A DNA stretch of 64,000 nt from contig NC_042999.1 of the NCBI RefSeq assembly GCF_006345805.1, positions 88,102,001-88,166,000 of the forward strand, in the 5' to 3' direction. The position numbers and the translations under genes are program-made. Positions 26,181-39,110 of this stretch are shown here, in pieces (the first letter of the stretch is position 1; each line of letters opens with the position of its first letter). The DNA is from Octopus sinensis. Lineage: Eukaryota. The notes beneath the pieces are model-generated. The model saw only the letters and a program-made list of their open reading frames with translations. It ran no database searches and had not been told where the DNA came from.

Positions 26181-27249
26181 ACACTGGAAAATATGCAAAC
26201 AAGCAAGATTGACGAGTTTTTCAACACTGCAGATCTACATGGGAAAAAGACAACCAGCGATTACAATCGACATAAAAGAGGAAAATGTAACATTCGCCCA
26301 TTGATGAGATGAATTCGAACTCAGCAAAAATCCCAGATGGATTTCGGCTCTTCTTGTAAAGACATACAAGAAAGCTTTCGCAAAACAACTGCAGGTACTT
26401 TTTCAGATCTCCTTTGCATGTGATAAACTTCCCAGATTGTTAAAATAAGATATAAGCCCTGTCTAGAAAGGAAGAAGCAGAGCAAATTCTAAATAACAGA
26501 GGCCTATCTTTCTGTCTTCATATATTAGCAAGGTTATTGAACGCATTGTAAGAGAAAGGCTGATCACTTTCATGACGCAAAATAATTTTCTCATAAGCAC
26601 TCAGCATGGCTTCCGTACAAAGAGGAGCTGACTCTTGCAGCTGCTACATTATGACTGGTCACCAAAACAGCAGCTCAACCAGTCAAATGTAAATGTGATA
26701 TATTTCAACTCAGGCACAAGTCCTTTGAAGAAGTTGTTCATGGGATGAGAGGTCACAAACAGCGTGATCTTGGTAACGCTGGAAACCTAGGAGAGTGGCT
26801 GCATGACTTGTTAATAGGCAGAACTCAGACAGAAGCAGCCAATGGTGCTCTTTCTTGGTGGTGGTGGTGGTGGGGGGGACATCAATTTCTAAAATCAGCA
26901 CAAGAGAACAGTGGAGTAAAGCTGTCTAATCCTTACCGATTCTGAAGACATGAAATAAAAATTGACCTGGACAATTCAGTTCCAAAATTCAAAATGTGTC
27001 ATTGGATTACTCAAAATGTCCTACACTCTAACATCTCCACCAACCTACTCCCTACTGATTGCAATACATAAGAATCGGATAGAAATATAAATATATGTCC
27101 GTTAGTAAGAAGGTCCCGCCTATACATTGATCTCTTGTTAACTTACCAATGAAATTTTCAACTGAAAATGAGCTCAAAATTTCTTACTTAGGAGAAACGT
27201 TTACCAGGGAATGATGGCATTAAGGTGGTTCCAAATTTCGGAAGGAGAG

Positions 27250-28420
27250 AAGTGGAGAATTGTTACAGAATAATCAACAATGGTCGTGATGGAATAAATG
27301 ACTTACAACATTTGATTCAACCCTGTACGTTTTGGTTTCAATAAACCAAATGTGAAGCATCTACTGGTCCATTTTAATGCACTATATTCCTCCCTTGGGC
27401 TTGAAAGGAAGATTTCTATTGGAAAAATCTTCATGTGGACCAACAGGGGATAAAAACCTGTAGGTTAGACCAATCTACAAGAGATTCAATTTTGCGATCC
27501 AATTTTAGATTCTTATTTGAAGGTCTTTTAGCTTTACTTATAATATTAATAAACAATGCCTTCGTTGTCCTGGAATCTATCATTTCTAAAAGTACAAGTT
27601 GAGCAGTTTCGGTAAGTAGTTGTCTCGCATGATACTTTTGAAATTGTGCATAAGAAACTGATACAAGTTTTTGAGATCCCTGTTGTGATATCTCCTATTT
27701 TTCCTGATAGCATACACCCGATAAATGTGCTCATCACTTAAATATTTTCCCTAAGACATACTACATTTCCAATCGCACGCTCATAAATTATTTGCAAAAG
27801 AAGCACAATCGACCAGATGCTCCGTCAAAATTAGAAGTTAAATTTGCCACAAAGCAGCTGATCACACTATGCCATTTTAAATATACATTGCGAGATATAT
27901 TGATCCACGATCATCGACATGTAAATTCTTGTATTAATGTTTCACTTTAGCAAATACATTAAGAATGTCAGCCCGTCATCCATCTCGATGCCGAAGTGAC
28001 AATATTCATTTCAAAGCATTTTGTCTCATTGTTTTCAGCTTGATGCATCTACTTCGCTAAGTTGGAATTACCTACCATTTCTCATTGATAGCTAATCCAT
28101 AAAGAAGTTCGTCACCAACCTTGGATATATCACAAAATGAAGTACTACACTGTGGCAAGACAGCGAAAAGGCTCGCATGACTGATCACGCAATGGTACAA
28201 TGCACAGTGGAAGCTTGTTGCGGGGCAATTGGACAGCATAAGAAACCCCGTCAAGTAAGCGTTTCAATACGTTACTTTATGACACTTTACAGGACCCGGG
28301 TCTACCTAAGTCATAACTCTCACGTGGCCTCCTGCTGTTTTCGAAACGCTACCTTTAATGAACCCGGAACCTACGGGTGACCCTAATCCATTGAAATGTG
28401 GCGTATACTGCTCTGCCACA
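27250..28420 (-). mobile_element. Possible hAT transposase fossil
   Basis: Minus strand YHCVISHASLFA (CxxH-like), SRWMTG (RW motif-like) and SRCFTFGLLKPKRTGLN (dimerisation-domain-like); heavily decayed. Confidence 0.4.
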
Positions 28421-28808
28421 AAGACAGCCGAATTAACTTGTACTGTAGATCCATTTCAATCGGGATTTCCTTCTTACTGTTCTCTGTTTAGCAACTTCTA
28501 GTATTATTTTTATGCTGCAGCAATACTTACTGTTTGCCCATAGCTTCTCACAACTATCTCTTGCAGGTGTTTCATTGTCGCTTTCTTTTGAGACCTTTGC
28601 TTCCGAAATGAACTATTAGTTAGCACATGGAGGCCATGACAAACCCTCGTGCACCAACATCCCCTGCGTGTACTGGCTTTTGTTTGCTGTTTATGCTTGC
28701 GTGACAATATATATATATATTTGTATATTTGTATACCGTTAAAAACAACAGTAAAATATTTAGAGGGAAATGAATGCAATCGAAAGCTTCGATATGAAGT
28801 TACTGCTC

Positions 28809-28886
<78 letters not shown>

Positions 28887-31422
28887 TGTGTGTGTGTGTA
28901 TGTGTGTGTGTGCGTGCGTGTGCGTGTGTTTAAATCCCGTGCAACAGTTCAGCATTTCTAGAGTAAAGGACAAACTGGAAGAACAATTTTGTCGTAAACA
29001 ATATCTCTGAAGCTAAGCATGCATGAGCTTTTACATATTTTCGACTTAGAACATTTAGAATATAATTTCATAACACAAAACAAGCATACCCATTATGTGA
29101 CTACCTCACTGTGTTAATTTCTGGCGCACAGTATAGATACATTATTATATTTTCTTGTGAAAGAAGCTACGGGTGTTTGGTTACTATTTTAATAGAACAA
29201 GAACAATAATTCACTTCAACATTCGTGAATTGGTACAAACTACAAACCATTAGGAGTGTATTTTTGTTTGAGCTGGAATGAATATAATTTGAAAGCACGT
29301 GTTTGTGTGCGCTTTTCTGCATAAATCTACTACATTCCATAAGTTATATTACCGAATGGTTATGTTGCATAAATAGAGTTGTTTATGGCGTATTTATTTA
29401 TATTGGCATCGTTATTTAAACATAAAACTGAGCTTTCCTTATACGTAATTTTGTCTTAGAAGTTGACAAATTAAATTACATTATGGTGAAATCACATCAA
29501 TACCAGAATAATAGAAAAACAATTTACGCTAGGCACTCCTACCGTAATATAGTTTGAGGTTCTTTGTTACATTCATAAGCTCGGTGAATTATTAAACGAT
29601 GATGAGATTGACCCTAGCAGCATGCACATAACAGAATTTAGGTCTCTAATATGAAGATAGATTCAGTTTCTCTTACGATGTAGCAATTTTAATATCCTGT
29701 AAGTACGATTACTGCTGAGATTCTAAATTAGTAAAGCATTATCAAATCTTGAGAGAAATTGCCATCATTATATTTAATTTTGATAAATAGACAACTTTCA
29801 GCGAGTTTTGAAGAGAATGTTTCTTTCATAAACTATTCTCTTTAGAATATTCTCTAGTTATGAGTTCGGTAATTTCAAAACTATAACTAAAAGTGTATCA
29901 ATTTTCGAAAGTATAGTGTTCTATATTGTATTCTTCATCCTGCTGCTGGAATAAACTTATATAATAGGTAAGAGTTATTAGGAGCATTGATATTACATAT
30001 ACCTCAAAATGTAATTTGATGTAACATTTTACTTAAACAAATTACTTAAACACCAATCTGTATATTACTTACACGAATTCAATTTGTTAATATAACATTC
30101 ATAGAAAGAGCGAAGAATCAGATACATTTCGAAATTTGATTTGTGGCCTCTTGTCTGTGATTTCAACTATCAAAAGAGTACCCATTACCCATTAGTCAAT
30201 CCTTTACATTTGATCAAATAATTACTACTGTTATACCGTGGATTATTCAATTAACTCAACCTTGGTTTAGTTAAATATAATTAATAGGCTACACTCTGTT
30301 TTACTGTTTATGTCACATCAGGTGTTTTGATTGCTTTATTAACATATCACGCTGCTTGTTTTCACGCAGACTTTCAATAGTCGTGGGGATAATTGTCCTG
30401 CTTATAGGTTCAATAGTCAACAGATTATATTTAGCTGGTATCACCAATCGTTTGCTTTGCTCAATGCACCAGATTTTACCATATAAACGCACGAATCTGT
30501 TCTGCTGCAAAACCGATAACAACCTTTGAGAGAATTACACAATAGTAAAGTGGTGAATTAACTCGTGTCTGACATGTTTGGTAATGTACAGTGCACAGAC
30601 AAAATTATCAGGCAAGAATAATATAATGGTGTCAAACATTGACAAAAATATACCATTTGTGACAAAAATATATCAGTTGAACCAGTGTTTACAATCTCAA
30701 GAATATTATTCTGGATTGCTGATAGAAACTGAAATAGAGTCTGATTCTCTGAAACATTGAAGCGAAAGTTTGCGAGGAAAAACAGCTGCAATATCTTTAA
30801 CCAATGAAATGATATCTTCATCAGGTTGCTTAGATTCTCTAATTTAACTATTACTGTTCTATATATCAATAACTATCTCCATATATAACACTGAGTGTTT
30901 ATTTATCGTTTCATTAAAAGCAATGTATAAACCGGACCAATTTAGAAAACTATTGTCAACATCTATAGAAATTCTGTCTATGTTTTTCCCTTTATAAACC
31001 ACATATATGTAACCTTTTTAAAAGAATATTGATTTTTTGACTGTCTTTGCTACGAGGTAATTTGTTTTTATATTATTTTCTATGTATAGTCTTCTATTTC
31101 TAGTTATAATTACTTCCTTTGATGTTGACCGGCATATTTACCATATACACGCACTTACATGCATATACGGAAAAGCACACAAACATACAGACAAATGCAG
31201 ACGCATACAAACACACACGCCCGCGCGCGTACATGCACAGATGTAAATGCGTGTGAGGATGTGCGCTTGTTGAATATTCTTGTGCAGTTGTGAGATGGAC
31301 TACATTCTACACTAATGTACTCAGTGTTTTCAGCACACAAAATATTAATTAATTCATCCATTACAGTTTCCTCATTTCTTTTTAACTCTCTGTCCATCCA
31401 TGTATGTATGTATGCATGTATG

Positions 31423-31482
<60 letters not shown>

Positions 31483-31546
31483 TCTATCTATCTACATACA
31501 TACATATCCTTTCTCTCTCTCTCTCTTTCACTGTACATTTACATAT

Positions 31547-31597
<51 letters not shown>

Positions 31598-31630
31598 GTA
31601 CACACACGCACTCACACACATACATATATA

Positions 31631-32653
31631 CAGGTCGCGGTGTGTAAATTTTCACCATTTTATATTTTTAATTTTGCGCATGTACGTTGTTTGTTTTTAA
31701 TTCTGTCGACCACACAGTGTTGTAGGGTCGGTTGGGCAACGTCTGTGAGGAAAGCGGCACCATGACGCAATTCACTCTGCCAGAAATTCGGAAATGACAT
31801 GTTGTTCTGCTTGGTATTAACGCCGGAAGCTCCAAAACCATAATTTCAGAGATGTCAGTCTGAGGAAAGTGCAGAGAATTCGGAAAGAGTCGGATGAGTC
31901 TAATGTTAATTACGAAGGTACGTCAGCTCGGAAAACTCACTCTGATCATTCTGATAAGAAAAGAACTCCTGAATTTGTTGTTGAGATCCCTCCAAGCCAA
32001 TCAGGTCCATCGCCAGCGACATGGAAGTATTCGAGTTTCTTAATGAGGCAGGAAGTGAATGAAAACATTCAGTATTCCTCATATAAGATGAGAAAAGGAT
32101 AATTTTTATCCCAGGCTATCAAGGGCAAGAGGTAAGATCGCACTACGAAGGTTTTGAACAAATTCAAGCATCCCCTCCAACCAATCATATATTGGTTTTT
32201 CTTAGATGAGAGAAGTTTCTGCTAGGATGAGATGGTGAACACACAGAACAACCGTCCCCAAAACAACCGTCCCCAAAACAACATCTCCCCAAAACATGTA
32301 CCTAAAGCGATAAAAATAAAATATTCAGTCAACATCATTGAATCTGGAGTGATCACTAGTGACGACGACGTTATGTCTATATTCATCTTCCCACATGGCC
32401 CCAGACACAACACGGAAGTCTTCAAGTGCCTGGTGGAAGTAGTGCTGCCTTGCGTCAAGAGGATTGCTGCTGGAAGACCCTATGTCTGGCAACAGGACTC
32501 TGCACCATGCAACACAAGCAGGAGAAACAATTATGGCTGTCAGTATTTCAAGATATTTTTATGTAATTTTGGTAGATATATTTGTTAAAACGAAATGTCA
32601 GTGTTATTTTCATTTTTCTGTAATTTAGACGACAATATATTCACCGCACCCTG
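31631..32653 (+). mobile_element. Tc1/mariner maT (DD37D-like) transposon, defective
   Basis: Imperfect TIRs CAGGTCGCGGTG and (reverse strand) CAGGGTGCGGTG with flanking TA; transposase remnant WFFLDE..VNTQNNR..GVITSD..FPHG..VVLPCVKRIAAGRPYVWQQDSAPC; truncated before the third Asp, so DD37D is assigned by family resemblance. Confidence 0.85.
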
Positions 32654-32855
32654 TACATATACATACCTATATTGAGGTAGATAGATAAAAAAGGAGAGAG
32701 AGAGAGAGGAAGAGAGAGAGAGAGAGGAGGTGATTTCAACGTGATATAATCGTATTTTAAATCAACATGAAACCAATGGTAGCCTGGTTAACATGCAAAT
32801 AAAAAATACATATCTATCAATGTGGTGTTGTGCCCTCATTCTCATGTATATTAGC

Positions 32856-32906
<51 letters not shown>

Positions 32907-33739
32907 CACACACACACATATATATATATATACATATAGATAGATAGAGATATAGATATAGATATAGATATATACATGCACACATACATGCACAAACGCA
33001 CGCACAAACACACACACATATATATAATATACTATTCTATGATAGAAAATTCAACAAGAAGATACTCCATCTGGTGAGAGATAAATATATATATATAAAC
33101 AGTCTTTTCACACTCCTGTAATATTTGAAGACTTGTTAGCTAATATTAGTAACAGAGTGTCTATCCTCTCTTCTTCTAAAAGAAGTTTAGAGTAAGCAGA
33201 AACCTACTATAACAATTGATATATAATCCCTATAATATTTATCAGAATAATAATAAGGGAACAAGTGGCATTAAATTTGAAGTAATATATAACCCTTAAT
33301 AATAATAAGAAGAAGAAGAGGAGGAGGAGGAGGAAGAAGAAGAAGAAGAAAAGATGAAGAAGACGAAGAAAAAAAGAAGGAAAAGAAGAAGAGGCCTAAA
33401 AATAGGCCAAGGAAAATTATTTGGCTCACCCCTCACTTTTCCCTTGATATAAAAAGTAACATAGGTAACAGATTCCTGTTTCTCATAGACAAACACTTTG
33501 CAGCAACTCACAGGTAAGGGAAAACATTTAAGAGGCTGTTATGACAGTAATAATAATGTTAGAACATCCCTCCTACGTTACGAGTGGTATGTGGTAGTCG
33601 TTACAAATACCGAGACGTAGGACGTCGAGTCGGTAGAGAAGACGGTGAAGTAGGTCATACATAGTCGTGTCTTTAGTTGTCTGCTATACTGGAGTGGACG
33701 TTATAACAGTCCCACGCTGGATTACAACACAAGCGTTCT

Positions 33740-34650
33740 ATGAAATTTTCACATAGCTTCTGCCTCAAAATGAAGAGCATCATAACACGTGATCAATACC
33801 AAAAGCCAAAATCCAATTGTAGCTGTCGCGATCCAGGATCCTGTCTCCTTGACTAACGATGTATGATTAAATCTATGAGGCAGAAATTAATGCATCTCTA
33901 AATGAAAATACAACAGATAAGAAGACCTATGTTGGATTATGTGAAAGAGAATCGCTATGCTAAGCATATAGCCTCCTTCTGACATAAGGATAAAAGTAAA
34001 GTTGTCTAGCTACGTATGAAGTTTGAAAGATAAAGAAACACCCCATGTAATTAAGTGGAAAATAATTGAAAAATCCATACCGTATGTTAATGGATCGAAT
34101 AAATGTAGGCTTTGTTTAGCTGAAAGTGCACTGATCCTGTTCAGACCTAAGATCCCTAACTCTCTACTGAACTCTAGGTCTCAAATCTTCAGTGGTTGCA
34201 TGCTTATGTATACATATATTTTGAAGAATTGGAAAGTTGTGCCTATTCTCGATTAACTTATTGATATCTTTCCAACATTATAATTTAAGGTCTAAGGAGG
34301 ACAACTCTTTTGTCTTTTTTTTTACTTATTACTTTTTACATTTTAATTTTTGTGCATTCCTTTTCCGTTTTTCGTTTTTTAACATTCCGCATTTTCTATC
34401 TGGTGCCTTTTCAGTGTTTTCCCATTTCTTCAGCATATGAAACTATTAGAAACACTATATATATATATATATATATTGGCGATTGTTTTCCTCCGTCTTC
34501 CCTTCTTTGGATCTTTCCTTTTCCTATGTTTCTGACGAAGAGCTACGCTCGAAACGTTAAACCCTCCTTCTTTCCTTCTATCCTGAGCGTCCGGTAATAC
34601 TATACTTGTTCCACGTCCTCGCGTTGTTGTATTTTCATGTTTGGATTAAC
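33740..34650 (+). mobile_element. Penelope-like element 3' part: linker, GIY-YIG endonuclease and terminal repeat
   Basis: NCSCRDPGSC..C linker, KKTYVGLCE, and VIKWKIIEKSIPYVNGSNKCRLCLAESALI..LLNSRSQIFSGC (34023-34256); pyrimidine-rich terminus with a hammerhead, ending in (TA)n. Confidence 0.85.
34528..34562 (+). ncRNA. Minimal type I hammerhead ribozyme (PLE-type, dimer-dependent)
   Basis: GTTT-CTGACGA-A-GAGC-TAC-GCTC-GAAAC-GTT-AAAC; stem I GTTT/AAAC, stem II GAGC/GCTC, palindromic AACGTT stem III, GUU triplet; one extra A after A9. Confidence 0.75.
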
Positions 34651-34653
34651 TAT

Positions 34654-34900
<247 letters not shown>

Positions 34901-35579
34901 ATGCAGACATTCGGTGGTGATATAACAGCTGAATCTCACTCTCAGCGAGTGCTCTTACGAGTGCTGTTATGCACCATGCGTCAGAAGTAAATAAGGAAGT
35001 ATTCTTTGTTCTAACACATGCTCCACATTAAGCTGGAAATATATTGACTATGGACATTAATATTTCCTCAGTAGCAATTAGTTATTTTTTAATAAGCCTG
35101 TTGATTCTTTGCGCCATCAGTTCCTGAAAAGGCACTGAAATTATATAAACTGTTGATTGTGTTGTTCGCCTGTTATATCGCTCCCGAATATCTTCTAATG
35201 ATGAGTTCGAGTAGGGCGAAATCTTACGCACGGTGCATAAGAATTCTCATGAAAATACTTGTTGATCTGGCAGTTTCAGCGCTCGTAGTAGACGATTATC
35301 ATCTACCAACGATGAAATACGAGAGGCTTTATGTACCATATATTCATATCAGAGGTTCCCTCAAGGTAAATAATGCAGTATTCGGTGTTCAAAGATTACG
35401 TCGGTATGAAGTTAGATAAAAAGATTGCCTTTTGATGTAGACACACACACACACACATGTATGTATATATATATATGTATATGCATAAACGTACATAATA
35501 TATATATATATGTATGTATATATATATACATATATATATTTATATATATATATAATCTGGATAGAATGGTTACTTTTCA

Positions 35580-35780
<201 letters not shown>

Positions 35781-36459
35781 AGTTGCAAATAGATATAGAG
35801 ATATAGCATGTATAGGTTCATGTTTTGAATGCATGAATAATTGCGAATATATTATACATGTATACACAGACAGGCATGTATGTGCGTGTACATAAGTGCC
35901 TGTGTGATTGTTCAATGCGTTAGTAGTGTATTTGTGTGTGCAAGTATGTATGCGTGCAATAGCCATTAGACTTTCGGAACGCTGACCACAGAGCTTAATA
36001 TAGCTTTAATAATCAGTACTGCCAAACACAAAATTGATTAGATTTCATCGTTAGCATTCAGTAATAGCACTTCATTCGATCGATAGAAAAGTTATATTAA
36101 GACTGAATGTGACACAACAACCGTTTTAGGTGCTGATTACATGTTAACATCATTGTAGTAAACAGAATTTATAGAAGAATTGTGAAATTTCAAATGAATT
36201 CGTGTATTCATTCGATTGTTAGATATTTGTCTTCCCTTCTTATGTCCCAGAAATCTATAATGCAGTAAAAGTATTATAAGCTTTGACAAGAACAATCATG
36301 CCGTGAAGTGGAAGGAATGCGAACATTTTCAATTACAGAATGTTTTGCAAAATGTTACACATCAGTTCTAGAAAAACAAAAATTATGCAGATGACGTTGT
36401 TTATAGATGAATTCTATCTTCCTTTTCATCGCTATTCTGTTATTCTTCTCTATTTTAGA

Positions 36460-36532
36460 ATTTTACTAGATATAACATTTGAAATGAAGATTGGTCAGAC
36501 ATCGATATTTCTGGGTTATATTCATTTATTGG
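36460..36532 (+). CDS. Candidate host exon (ILLDITFEMKIGQTSIFLGYIHLL)
   Basis: Strong acceptor ttattcttctctattttag and donor G|GTGAGG; one open frame; no recognised homology. Confidence 0.25.
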
Positions 36533-36934
36533 TGAGGAATGTTCTAAAAGAAGCTATAAAAATGCAAGTATAAGTAAATACAAAATAAAGCAAATAAGGT
36601 GAATATGGAAAAGCCATGGAAAAAAATTAGAAAATATGTCAAAGACGTAAAGAGAGGAAAAGGGAAAATTAAACCAAGAAAGAAATGTAAATTTCTTTTA
36701 TCTTTATACTGAAACCTTCGTATTGAAAATATACAAGAAACAATAATTCAACAATTCTCCTGCCAGCTACATTAAAAGCATTTTCATTGCAAGTCCTTCC
36801 AGAAATATTCTTCGAATTGTGTTAACACTATTTTCAATCCCTCAAATTTAACTCTGGATTCACAAGAAACAATCTTGGTTCTTTGAATGATTTCAGAAAT
36901 ACTGGAACCATATGAAGCAAACATGAAATAGTAA

Positions 36935-36936
36935 TA

Positions 36937-37021
<85 letters not shown>
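36935..37021. repeat. (TAA)n microsatellite
   Basis: Directly visible; abuts the 3' end of a minus-strand SINE B. Confidence 0.95.
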
Positions 37022-37167
37022 GCCCTTTCTATTATAGGTACAAGACCTGAAATTTTGAGGGAGGGGGAAAGTCGATTACATCGATTCCAGTGTTGAACTA
37101 GTAATTATGTTATCGACCCTGAAAGGATGAAAGCCAAAGTCGACCTCGATGGCATTTGATATCAGAA
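37022..37167 (-). mobile_element. SINE family B, 5'-truncated
   Basis: gtcgattacatcgattccagtg..atcgaccctgaaaggatgaaagccaaagtcgacctcg. Confidence 0.8.
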
Positions 37168-38596
37168 TATTTTGTGCTTGTTTTATTTCGATTTGCTCGT
37201 ATATAAGGTATGTTCATTAAATCTACTGAAACGTTGGGACACAACTGAAGAGTACTCCGTGTAATGATGTAAGTGAATAATACTGGAGTACTTATTGCTT
37301 TACACTACCTGGAAAAGGTTTGGGATAACCGATAAAAAATGTTATATCCACAAACCCTTCAACTACCCTAGTTAATCTGTGAAATCATTCTACATGTGTG
37401 GATTTAAGTGCAGCTGTTACAATGTAAATTATTTACCTTAGAGAGGAAAGCTGAAGTTTTGTAGTTAATCGGGCAACTTCAAATTTCTATAAAATTCGGA
37501 AGAAATTCTGAACTAGATTATTTAATAAGAAAAAGAAACAAATACATTGGTTTGCCAAACCAAATGCCGAGAGACAGCAATTAATTTCTTCTGTTCTCAT
37601 TCCGAATTCAAATCTTGCTTTGGTCGAGTATTATCAATATCTAAGTAAAGTTTCACAGTAATTGTAGAATAAGACAAAAGATCTTCTTGGGTGAATATTG
37701 CGACATAGTTTTGTATCTGGCTGCTACAGAATAGCATCTTAGATGCTGTTGGTAAAATAAGGACAATATAATTCCCTTATTTTCATTTCCTCAATTACAT
37801 ATAACAAGAAACCAATAATTAACATTAAAGTAGTACAGTTCTGTCCATATGGAAATAAGCAGAAACAGGGAATTCCATTCCGCGAAATGTTACAATGAAA
37901 CATTGACCATCAAATTACTTTTGTGCTTAGAGCGAAAATATTAGATATACTTCCTTTATTGCCTTGATCACACACGGGAATTCGGGTGATTAAGGTCGAG
38001 GTAGACTTCAAACTTTTCCCCTGAAGAATCACATTATGATCGTCAGATGAAAAGTAAGACAAGCATGCATGAATAAGCATACATAGACATACATATATAA
38101 GCAGATAGAATCACATATAGGCGCGTCACATATAGATATTTCAAATTTATTTTGTAAACTTTCTGGGAGAACAAAGCATTCTTTTTCATTCCCAACCATG
38201 AAAATAATCTGATTGTTATAACATTTTGTGATTAATCCAAGTAAAATAAACAACAGTGTTACATATCTCTACCAAGTTGGATTTTTAAAGACCCATATAA
38301 TTACACGTCTATTAAAATATAATTGAAAAACCACACTTATAGTTTATAAAGTAGCTTTGTTTGAATTTCGGATGTACTTTTACCTGAAGATTTGTCTCCA
38401 GCAGTACGCTCACGGCAACGTGACCCCACAAAGGGAAAATACAGAGATTGAAGACAGAAGCCCCAGCTTGGAAGGTGTTCAAATGATGAGAGTAACAAGG
38501 GGATTTGAATGAGTGAGATAGACAGACAGAGAGACAGAGAGAGGGAGACAGACAGACAGACAGACAGACAGAGCTAGAAGAGAGAGAAAGAGAGAA

Positions 38597-38633
<37 letters not shown>

Positions 38634-38899
38634 GCAAAATAGAAACATTGAAGGAAGAGTTCATTGAATACAACAGGCCCAGTGCAATCTCTTATAACTA
38701 GTTGTCGTGACAGGCAAAAATCTAGACTGAAATTGATTATGGTATGCGGACTAAATATAAGTGGATTCCGTATCATCCGTCATTTTACGAACTGTATGAG
38801 TAATAAGGTAAGAAAAAGATGAATGGCAAAGACATAGATAAACGAGAAATAAGGAGACAATACGATGTTAAAGGAAGGGATCTTGACTGACTGTCCCCT

Positions 38900-38997
38900 A
38901 CCTCTTTCCCTCTCTCTCTCTCTCTCTCTCTCTCCCTCTCTCATCTTCTATCTATCTATCTATCTATATATATATATATATATATATATATAATCTG

Positions 38998-39062
<65 letters not shown>

Positions 39063-39110
39063 TGATATAAAAACATTTCACTCTCTCCCATTCTCTCTCT
39101 CTCTCTCCCT
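38900..39110. repeat. (TC)n/(TA)n/(TATC)n compound repeat
   Basis: Directly visible. Confidence 0.93.

Noticed and set aside
33800-34260. Selenocysteine recoding, as reported for some PLE clades
   Set aside because: The linker cysteines are ordinary TGT codons and the in-frame stop seen there is TAA, not TGA.
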